From the NCBI GenBank assembly GCA_964016885.1, contig OZ024742.1, forward strand, positions 284,952,001 to 285,016,000: a DNA stretch of 64,000 nt, read 5' to 3'. The stretch is from Eledone cirrhosa. Its lineage: Eukaryota. Both the position numbers and the translations under genes were made by a program. Of this stretch, positions 1-63,385 are shown piece after piece; the stretch's first letter is position 1; each line of letters opens with the position of its first letter. A model generated the notes under the pieces. That model saw nothing but the letters and a program-made list of their open reading frames with translations, was not told where the DNA came from and did not search any database.

Positions 1-460
1 GTTTGCCCAAGACCAGGCGCTGAACTCAGTATAGCATAACATTTACAATCAGGTAGAGTCAGAGAAGTGTCGGGTGTGTTGGGAAGGAGTTAAAATTGTC
101 AGTCACATTGTGAATACCTGCTCAATGCTCATGAACAAGGATTACAAAAGGCGTCACAACGAAATGAACATACCAAAATCCTGAGGGACATCATGGTTCA
201 AACAAATAGAGCTAATCAACACACAAAACCTGAAATCATGGTGGTGGATAAGAATGAGAAGTGTTGAATAATTGATGTCGCAGTACCAGGGGATCATTTT
301 CTCAGAGAGAAAGAAAACCAAAAAATTGTTAACTTCTCTAAGTTGAGAGTCGAACAATCACTAAAAACTTAGAGTGTTATTTGAAGGAAATTGATATTTC
401 ATCAAATATAACTACTCGTCAAAAATCTGCTTTGTTAGGAACAGCGAATATTCAGCATGT
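1..460 (+). mobile_element. 3' part of a non-LTR retrotransposon with a restriction-like endonuclease (R4/Dong-like), decayed
   Basis: Manual translation gives the zinc knuckle CRVC..VSHIVNTC, then YKRRHNE, KPEIMVVDKNEKC*IIDVAVPGD (PD-(D/E)xK-type endonuclease) and the C-terminal QKSALLGTANI. Stops and frameshifts are present. Confidence 0.7.
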
Positions 461-746
461 GAAACCCCACATAAAGTGCCGGTTACTTTGTATCGCCATG
501 GGCAGTGAAAATGCCCTCTCCTGTATTAGAAAAGCCTAGTAAGAGTAGGCCTTTTCAGCCTCATCATGCTCTCACCACCATTAGTGAAATACTCTAAAAT
601 GCAGTACCTCCCTCTCCACCGTCACTTTAATTTTCATGTGGTACTTGAAGTAAATGAAGGCTTCGCTGAAAAGGCAAGTTCCTGTTCTCAAACCTTCCAT
701 AGCCAGTATACAGAGAAAAACATACTGCCCTTCCCCTTTATATATA

Positions 747-790
<44 letters not shown>

Positions 791-1399
791 TTGGCAGAAA
801 TTCGTAGATCAAAAGGTCGCAGAAATTCGTAGATGAAATGCTCAATCTGTTCGAAGAGAGCTTACTTAGTGTAAACAAAGTTTCATACACTTAACATGTA
901 TGTGCTACCAATGGTTTCGGGGTCCAGTTCTGGCCAACACTGTGTAATACAGGAGGCGCTTTTAAACTGGCCTTCTTTCAGGCACATGGACGAAAACACG
1001 GAAAAGGGAAGTTGATGTCTTTAGGCCAAATCTCATTTCCAATAGTAAAGAGTGATATTCGATGTAAGGGAGGTAATTCGGAGGGAAAAGTGTATAGGAA
1101 TTTATCAAATTTTCGTAAATAAAGGGAGCTAACTCTTCATATTCCAGGCAGAAAAACGAATGTAAAATGGATATATATATGTGTATGGGTGCCCTGAGTT
1201 TAATGGGGGTGGGGGACCCAATAAGTAAGGTACTCAATACTGTAAAGATAGTGTAAACATTATTTAATGTAGAAATAACTTCTAAAGGACTAGATCATTC
1301 AAAAGAAATCATCAGGAAAGCTTTCCTGGTGATTTATTTTGAATGAAACAGTTTTAGTCCTGTAGAACCTATTTCTATATTAAACATTATATATATATA

Positions 1400-2880
1400 A
1401 TGGCTTACAACAAACGACATTGGTCCGAGAATGAAATCGACCTCCTTATAAATGCATGGTTTTGACTGTCCCAAACTGAAAAATATAGACGCTTTATGTC
1501 TGACTGATATTGCCGAAAAACACAGCCCAAATATTTAATTATTGGTGAGATACTGCAGAAACAATACTGATATGGTTGATCTGAGCTCTATCATTGATAT
1601 TAATCCTCAACATGCTATATCGGACATAACGTTTGACGCCCCTGATGTCTTAGCGGTAATAAACGAAATTAAACACAACTCAGCAGTAGGCCCCGATAGG
1701 TCCCCTGTTAGTGTCCTGAAAGTGTGGCGACACCAACTTGCCACTCCTCTAACTAATCTGTGGAGGAATTCACTGGACCCCGGCTATATACCTGAAAACT
1801 TTCTGTCCCAGTTTTCAAAAAGGGAAACAAGTCCCGTGCATAAATTACCGTCATTTCTCACTCACCTCTCATATCATTAAGGTATTTGAGAGAGTGGTGA
1901 GATCACGAATAACTCACTTTCTTGAAAGCAACAATCTGCTGGACCCCAACCAACACGGGTTCCGTAATGGAAGCGACTGCCTAATGCAGCTCCTGCATCA
2001 CTTTTATGACATTTTAAGAGTTTTGGGAGAGGGCTCCAACACTGATTTCAGCAAAGTCATTTAGAGGGCTGATCATAATATTCTATTGAAAAAAAACTAT
2101 CCAGCGTTGGTGTCTCTGGAAAGTTACTGCAATGGATCAAGTGTTTCCTGACAAACATGGGTGACCGGACATGCCTTCAATCAGATCTTCTTGCTGTTAT
2201 CCAATGGCCGGGAAAAAACAATATGCTGCTGAACGAGGACAAATTCGAGTTAATCCACTTTGGAAAAGAGGATGCATTGAAACTCTCCTATTCCCTTCCC
2301 TCACGTGAAAGCCTCATGCCATCCAACAACATCAGTGACATTGGAGTAATTGTTGATAGCAACACAAGCTGGATCACTCATATAAACAGCAAAGTTGACA
2401 AGGCCCACAGAATATGTTCCTGGATTATCAGAACTTTCCAGTCGCGAGATATTCACACATTATCCTTCTCTTCTCTACTTTTGCCCGACACCACCTTCAA
2501 TAATGTTGTCCACTGTGAGCGCTACATTATCTGCATGATGTGGAAAATATTCCATTAGCGTTGCCCAAATGAAGTTGGCATCATCTTTAAAGTACACTTA
2601 AGGTTTGGCCCCCGTGCTGTCCACCCACAATAAAAATCAAACTTGTATCTCATAACAACATTACGACACAATTATTTCACCTCAACTGGTCCCGCTCTTT
2701 TTAACATTACACCGAAACACATTAAAACAGAAACTGATCCCATAAAAGTCATCCCGGATATGTCTCAGTAAACAACTCTACTTGAGTGGGCCATGGTGTC
2801 CAAATCCTGATTTGAAAGACTTCACCAGGTGCTGCTATTAAGTTAGAGATATGGCCTGGCCGAAACCTATCAGAGTTATA
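1400..2880 (+). mobile_element. CR1/L2-type LINE reverse-transcriptase fragment, decayed
   Basis: ORFs 1542-1880 and 2157-2558 plus intervening frames give SAVGPD, QHGFRNGSDCLMQLL, DFSK, LQSDLLAVIQW..NNMLLNEDKFELIHFGK and DIGVIVD..HINSKVDKA. Confidence 0.8.
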
Positions 2881-3558
2881 TATATTCTCAGTCTCTCTTC
2901 TTTGTCTACATTTACCTCCCTTACAAGCCGTATTTTTTTAAAAGTCGTTTCCCTTAAATTATGGCAACTTTATTTTTCCCTTAAATTGTTTTCGTTACAA
3001 AATACATTTCTAAATGCCAAGACCCCTCCTATTTAAATGGGTTTTCTCACTAATTACTCTCTTCCCGTGTTATGACGAGGATAACAGTCGAAAGAGTTAA
3101 CATTTACAGAGAAAATTAATTGCAGCGATTTGTTTTCTCAGTGAAATTTAGCACTCTAAAATTAGCCTCCAGCACTTCTTGCTTGGGTCCCTTCTACTTG
3201 GATTGCTTGCCAGTCTTTTTACCCCGCTGTAATCACATGCCCGTACTATAATAGTTTACAACAGATTACTATACTAAAACTTTTGAGCTCATTGGTGCAC
3301 TGTTGTTTATTCACGTCATCACTACACACCTTCATAGGAGAAGCAATAAATATCCTTGTTTTCTACGTCCCCTTACTCTTATACAGATTTCAGTCATGCG
3401 ACTGCGATTATGTTGGGGCACCACTTTAAAAGGATTTTAGTCAAACCTATTGACTCTAGTACTTTTCTTTCAAATCGCCAAGACATAAATAAACACACGC
3501 AATGGACTTCACAATTTCTGTCTACCAAATTTCAGTTACAAGACATTGATCCATTCTA

Positions 3559-3673
3559 GGCACCTCTTATTCACAGCGACAGCGCTTTCTTCAAGGTCCC
3601 CTTATACTAATTAAATTAAATTTCGTAGGTGGGGACCTTGAAGAAAGCGCTGTCGCTGTGAATAAGAGGTGCC
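3559..3673. repeat. Left terminal hairpin of the EVE (perfect 43-bp arms, 29-nt loop)
   Basis: ggcacctcttattcacagcgacagcgctttcttcaaggtcccc (3559-3601) is the exact reverse complement of 3631-3673. Confidence 0.95.
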
Positions 3674-3724
3674 CTATTATAATTACCACTGTTTACAAGC
3701 GGAATTGATATTTCATAAACTTCC

Positions 3725-5541
3725 ATGCCACGTAGAAGACGTGAAAAAATCCGCTGATAGAGGATACTATCGAAATACATGCGCCGGGCTACAATTTCCT
3801 AGGTCCAGGAACTAACATTTTCGACAAGTTAAAACACGAACCGAAAAACGAACTAGATCGTCTAGCCAAAGTTCATGACCTCCACTACACCGATCCTTAT
3901 AAAGATACTTGGGACGCAGATAAAGAATTCATCTAAGGAGCTATCAAACAATGCCCTTTGGGGATCTTATCAGCAGGAGCTACTTACGCTAAACACGCTC
4001 TTGGACTCGACAAAGTCTTCAGACCAGAACATTCAGATAATTATCGTAGTCTTTTTCCTCCTCCTAACAATCATCAAACTATGGCGGATTCGAAAGAGGC
4101 CGCAAACAACCAAGTCACGGAACAACAAACATCCAATCGAAGGGAATCTCAGACGATTCGGGAAACTTCAAACGAAGATTCATAATATCGAGAACTTTCC
4201 GAAACTGCATTAAAACAACAGACATGAACCAAGCGACAATCGACTTCAGTAAATTTCAATCTACTGGTGAAAAGTCATACCACAACATAGGACACTATGT
4301 GCAAGGTTTGGCAAAATCAAGAGATTACATCGTACCTTATTGGATGACGACCTGGATAAAAGCAACTCAATGGGAAACTATGACACAAACTGCTACATCG
4401 TACAGAATAGCGAAACAAGGATTCAAAATAGACGACATTATATGCAGCGAATGGGCAACACGTAACAACGAAGAAATCTTCGTAGACGCACCAACGCCAT
4501 ACTTTGAAGTCTATGTAGACACCGGCAAATACATCGGTCACGGTAACTTAAAACAATCAGCAAGTTACCAAATGGAGGTTTAAGGCTAACACAACCTTCT
4601 ACGTTCGAAAACATGGAATTACCAACATACGAATTCATATACAATGCACCTATAGGATTGGTTAACCAATACGTTTCGCCACCTATAGATACAACTGTAG
4701 AAAAAGGATCTACTTTATTATATAATTTCACAGATTGGAGAGATATGAGATCCAAAAAAAAAAATTAAGACAAGGCGATACATTCACACATGTATGGGAG
4801 AACCCATCAAGATTGGAAATTGGTTTAACTAATTTCAGTCAAAACCAAAACTATGCAGTCACAGGACTAACCAACACATATGGCCAAGCATTCAATTGGG
4901 GAAAAAATGCTCAAGTAGACATGACTTGGGATGGATGCTAAGACACAGGAACAGCACCATATGTAGGGACAGTGACAACAGAGAGAAACGAAGGATTCGA
5001 CGTATACAGAAGAAGAGCGCGAGACCCAACACAAGAAGACATTCATTACACAGAACATTCAAATATAACATTCGACCACCAAAAAACGAGAAAGGTGGCA
5101 GGATTAGACATGCTGGATTCGGGAGATATGGTGGTAGCAAACAGAACAGTAATTAACAAAGTTCTTTACACTCCGGAAGAACCACAGGAAATGGTTCTCT
5201 TAAATGTGCCAGTGGTGATAAGACCGAACAATTCACAACCATGTATCTACTTCACATTTGACCTTACATATTACATTGAGTTGGAATGTAACTATGAACA
5301 ATTCAACCACCCACAAGTAGTAGCAACGGCGATCCCCTAACCAGTGCCCAATTAGCGCCAGGTTGGAATCCTAGCCAACATTCATGTACACACCCAAGCA
5401 GGCATCTTCACGGAACAGCAGCCAAAAATAGAAAAACTGGGCGGACCATACAACACAACAAAGAATCGAAAAGACCGTTACAATTTATATCCGGGCACTT
5501 CATCAATAAATAACACGCCCACTGTAAAGCACTTTAGTTAA
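3725..5541 (+). pseudogene. VP1: Parvoviral capsid (VP1/VP2) pseudogene with N-terminal phospholipase A2 domain
   Basis: MPRRRREK[fs]NPLIEDTIEIHAPGYNFLGPGTN..ELDRLAKVHDLHY..DADKEF contains the Ca-binding loop and HDxxY catalytic motif. There is a premature TAA at 3934-3936. The jelly-roll-like segments YIVPYWMTTWIKATQWETMTQTATSYRIAKQGFKIDDI, LRQGDTFTHVW and TFDLTYYIELECNY follow. Several frameshifts and stops occur before the final TAA at 5539-5541. Confidence 0.88.
3875..4213 (+). CDS. Intact 112-aa ORF overprinted on the VP1 PLA2 region (+1 frame), with a predicted single transmembrane helix
   Basis: The ATG lies inside the catalytic His-Asp codons (cAT Gac). The hydrophobic run IQIIIVVFFLLLTIIKLW is followed by the basic RIRKR, and there are no internal stops. 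Expression is not shown. Confidence 0.5.
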   Translation: MTSTTPILIKILGTQIKNSSKELSNNALWGSYQQELLTLNTLLDSTKSSDQNIQIIIVVFFLLLTIIKLWRIRKRPQTTKSRNNKHPIEGNLRRFGKLQTKIHNIENFPKLH

Positions 5542-6647
5542 GTAGCAGTTCAAACTTCTATCGATATATTCACCGAATGGATAAAACATCACAACATCGA
5601 TGCAGAAAAGTTCGCTAGAGAAACATTCGAAATATTTCACAGGATACATCCCCCCAAAAATGGCTTCCACATTACAGGAGTATCCAACAGCGGGAAATCA
5701 TATGTTCTAAGATCTATATAGAAATGGACTTATGAATACAGGAAGAATGAGGTGCCAAGCTGCGGACAGTTTTACTTTCGGCAGTTGTATAGATAAACCA
5801 CTCATCTACACCGATGAAATGTGGTTTACGAATAACAATGTCGAAGAAGGAAAGTGTATACATATTAATGTAAAACACCAAAGCGAACGCATGCTGAAAA
5901 GGACGCCTAGTCTTAGCACTAGTAACACAGATCCATGGAGAGTTGTACCACAGGACGAACAAGCCCTGCGTAACAGATTATTTTATTACATGACACATAG
6001 ACCCATGGACAAGTTGAAAGAATGGGGCAAAATCGAACTCAATCCACTAATGTGGTTAACTATCTGGAAAACATATATTGACAAATATATAGAACACAAA
6101 TATACAGATATTTACTTGACAGACGACAAACCACCAACATCAGATTTATATGTCATCCCATCGGACTTCGATTCGCCAACAACAAAACGACAAATTAACA
6201 CAGTTAAAAGAAAATTGGTAGAACTTTACGAAACACCTAAAATGCAAAAAATACAAAATACATACGACGATTTAGCAAAATTTAGCAAAAGCGTGCTTAA
6301 AAGACATAGAAGAAACAGAAGAATGCAAATACGACCCAGAACAGGACACACAAGCTTGCTTAATACACGGGAGAATAACACCGGCTTGTAATTTTAATTA
6401 CATTAATGCATCAACTGATGATATTGAATGGGTTTCAGCGGAGGATGAATTATGACTGGGGGGAGAGAATTTTTTTAAAGAATACATTCAAACACAGATA
6501 CAGTTACCAAGAAATTATAAAAAAAATTGTTCATGGAATTTCCATAAAAAATTAGCAAACCAAGACCAAAGACAATCTGTTCTTATTTTAAATGATCTAG
6601 GTTTGGAATATTGTTTTGATTATCTACCCTTCCCTATTTGGACATAA
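5542..6647 (+). pseudogene. NS1: Parvoviral NS1 remnant: SF3 helicase plus C-terminal tail, N-terminal HUH nuclease missing
   Basis: Motifs are PPKNGFHITGVSNSGKS (Walker A, 5650-5700), a frameshift at ~5719, LIYTDE (Walker B), HINVKHQSERMLKRTP (B'), STSN (motif C) and ALRNRL (arginine finger). A 10-bp duplication at ~6270-6290 shifts the frame of a Cys-rich acidic tail. Confidence 0.88.
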
Positions 6648-6932
6648 TGCGCATGCACGCGACCAAAAACTTTTGTAAATAACCAGTTCAATGGTACGCG
6701 CATTGTAATCTTTTATATCTTTAATAAATTTTTAAACTTTATATTTGACTTTGTTATTATTATATATAAAAAGAGAGAGAGAGAGAAGGAGATGGCGGCC
6801 ATGACACCAGGGACCAGTGAAAATAAATCAGACTTTTGGGATGCGCGCACACGCGAAAATAAAGTAAGTTTCAGCAATGGCGAAGGTCAGGTAATATAGG
6901 CACCACCCAAATGTCGCTGATACTGGTATTCT

Positions 6933-6996
6933 AAACCTGTACTTTGTTTTCGCAATGGCCCTTAGCTCTGCCATTGCGAAAACAAAGTACAGGTTT
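6933..6996. repeat. Right terminal hairpin of the EVE (perfect 27-bp arms, 10-nt loop)
   Basis: aaacctgtactttgttttcgcaatggc (6933-6959) is the reverse complement of gccattgcgaaaacaaagtacaggttt (6970-6996). Confidence 0.95.
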
Positions 6997-8150
6997 GAAA
7001 AATAAATTTTTTAACTACCATCATCCAACCTTCTATTTAAAATATGCATACTTATATGAAATGAATTGGCAGAATAGTTAGGGTATTGAAAATAATGCTT
7101 TATGGTATTTGTTCCGATTCTCTGTGCTCCGAGTTCAAATCACACCAAGGCCAACTTTGCTTCATCATTTCAGAGACAAACGCTTTAGTGAAATATGTTA
7201 AATTTGATTCCTTGTGGGACCTTGTCTTTGAATAAAACTTTATTTCCTGCTGTTTCAGTCTCCTCAGCTGACAAACATGAATTTCACCTGTAATTCAAAG
7301 GGCCAACATTGTCATGCCAAGAACTACGTTGATGATACATGTGTGACAAATGCTCAGCCATTTGCACCATTGTTCTAATTAGAACACTCGCTGTCAGAAC
7401 TCAAAAACGTACATAACTTTATAAATGTATAAATGATTAATTTGGAGAGAGAGCAAGCAAGAGATAATTAATGTCAGGAACAGCCACTGATTAGAATTCT
7501 GTCTGGATGAAGTGTTCAGTTAGTGATTCAAAGAACATTACTAAATAAAAAAAGGCACTTGAAGTCCAGAGAGTACAGCAACTATAACAATCAAAATGAA
7601 GACAGGAGTTTGAATAAATCAGTGTATCACACCTGGAGAAAATTATTTTATGTTAATTGGAGCTACTGTCCTCCTAAACAGGTTGGAATAATCACGTTTT
7701 GCTCAATACTATCATTTTTTGGCATACTTTCTAGTTGAATGGCCTTCCTAATGCTAATCATTTTACAGAGTGCACTTTAGCATGATGCCAGCAAGTTGTC
7801 ATGTGTGATGAAACTAAAGTCTTTATCCTTTTTTCAGCAGTTTCTATGGTTGGATGCCTTTCCCCAAGACCTACCACTTTTCACATTACAATTTCTTACA
7901 AGAGCCACAAAAAGATATAACAAGAGTTAAATATAAATAAGCCTTTTCATACCAAACTTTCATGATGTTTATATTTTATCTAAAAACCTTCCACCATAAT
8001 TTTATGCAAGAACCTTTGTTAAATTCTGTTGTACATACTAAATAAATAATGAGAAAGTTACATATAATTAAATCCATCCAAATTCTTTATTTTCAAAATT
8101 ATTTGACATTTAAAAAAATATGTTGAATATTTAAAATAGAACAGGTTTAA

Positions 8151-8368
8151 CCCTTTTGACAACCACACCAAGTAATACTAGCTCTGACTATGAAACAAAA
8201 CCATGCATTTTAAAGGGTTCCTATTTAATTTTAAATATTCCACCATAATATATAAAAACAATATGCTAAGTTGCTATCTTACTAATGAAATAATTAACAA
8301 TTTTATTAATCTCTCAAAGTTTTTTCATTAATCAATTGAAAGTGTATTTAAAAATAGTCACAAAAGGG
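8151..8368. mobile_element. TTAA-flanked MITE (piggyBac-like, family A)
   Basis: Ends are ttaa-CCCTTTTG...CAAAAGGG. The internal sequence recurs at ~14411-14635, ~19220-19620, ~27250-27470 and ~57815-58046. Confidence 0.55.
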
Positions 8369-9164
8369 TTTTAAATAACTGAGCAACACAAATCTATTTT
8401 CACCCCCAAAAATACAAAATGAACAACACACTAAATTTTTTTTTTTTAAATAGGTATTTTATTATAGCAATAACATTCGATTTAAACATCTCAGTGCTTT
8501 GAACCGTCTTTTGTCATTTATCTTTGTCATCTAGCCTGTTGTCTGAATAGAATTGTCCATGTCTTTTCCATTTTTTTTTTTTTTAATACATTTAGTTCAC
8601 ATCATTTTATTTTTGTTTTATTTTTCAGTGAGAAGGGAGATGAGAAAGATAGGTAGATAGATAAGTAGGTAGGTAGGCATTTGTAAACTTGTTTTTTACT
8701 TTTAAGAGTAGGTGGTGGTGTTTTCTTTTTTTAATTCTTCTTGGAATATAAGTATCACCCTTTCTCACTCACCAATGAAGTCATGAGAGAAGGGAAAATA
8801 ATTTTTTTTCAAGTAAAAACTTTAATGTAAAAAATAAAATAAAAAAAAAAAAGTATGAAAAGTTGGATATTACGTTTTTTTTTTTATAGTAACATACTTG
8901 AATAGCTCTACATTTTAAACTGATAAAGTGAATTAATTGTAATTAAATGGCAAATTATTTGAGAGTAGGGAATGTGATACTAACAAATTCAACAGCAGAG
9001 ACCATGTTGAAAGTGGTTTTTGACAGGAGAAAAAGAAAAAAATGTTAATGTTTATTTTAGTTGTTTATAAATGGTAGGGTGGGTGTGTGTATGTATGTAT
9101 GTAAGAGCGTGTGCATGTGTGGAGGGGGTGATAAAAGACTTTGCTGGAAGGAAGTATTAACAAT

Positions 9165-62618
<53,454 letters not shown>

Positions 62619-62993
62619 CCTGATCAAGATACCTTACTGTTCTGGGTTATGACGGCAAAGTGCTGAGTATTTATCCAAAATGGCAGATCTCGTTTTGTCT
62701 CGTCTGAAATCACTTGAAAACTCACGATGACTTTGCACAAAAAAATATATTTATATAAAACCTATATATGTATATATACATATATATAGAAACATTGAGA
62801 GAGAAATGTATGCATAATATATATACATATATAGAAACAGAGAGTAAGATATGTAAATATATATATATATATATTCTAAATTACGTAGATAGATTCTTTT
62901 TATTTTATTTTTTCAATAATTGTCGAAAAAAATCGTTTTAACTGGTAAATATGATAAATGATATATATATATAAACATATTAGGTTTATATAT

Positions 62994-63035
<42 letters not shown>

Positions 63036-63282
63036 TGTATACCTTATATATATATATAATTGCGTTTTAAACGTATATCAATTCATTTTTAAAAGCATGT
63101 TTTATGTCTATATACATGTATATATATATATATATGTACACATGTATGTTGTATATAAATAGGTATATATATATATTACTATTCATTATATAAGTGTGTG
63201 TGTCGGTGTTAACCAGAGAAAGTGTACCCAATGCCATAGTAGAGTTTAGTATTTTATTACGGTTGATCTAGATCCAGTAACC

Positions 63283-63385
63283 TGTTACTTTGGAGTTTTT
63301 CCGGCATGACGCAGCTTGCTTAGACAGGAAAAAAAACGTCCTGTCTGAGAAACCGGTCTCATGCCGGAAGAACTCCAGAGTAACA
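63283..63385. repeat. 103-bp hairpin upstream of VCP exon 1
   Basis: tgttactttggagtttttccggcatga...agacagga pairs with tcctgtct...tcatgccggaagaactccagagtaaca around a 9-nt loop. Confidence 0.85.

Larger units (their letters stand above)
3557..6996 (+). mobile_element. Endogenous parvovirus/densovirus-like element (EVE) bounded by two hairpins
   Basis: PLA2-bearing capsid gene remnant plus SF3-helicase NS1 remnant. A 43-bp-arm inverted repeat is at the left end and a 27-bp-arm inverted repeat at the right end. The + strand is A-rich and CpG-containing, unlike the flanks. Confidence 0.92.

Noticed and set aside
3050-3100. Hammerhead-ribozyme-like motif (actc-tc...tgacgag..gaaa-gagt)
   Set aside because: The core lacks the conserved C of CUGANGA, stem I cannot pair, and stem II is marginal.
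3540-7010. Interpreting the hairpin-bounded island as a DNA transposon or Polinton
   Set aside because: The two hairpins are unrelated to each other and so are not TIRs. There is no TSD, transposase, integrase or PolB, and the proteins are parvoviral.
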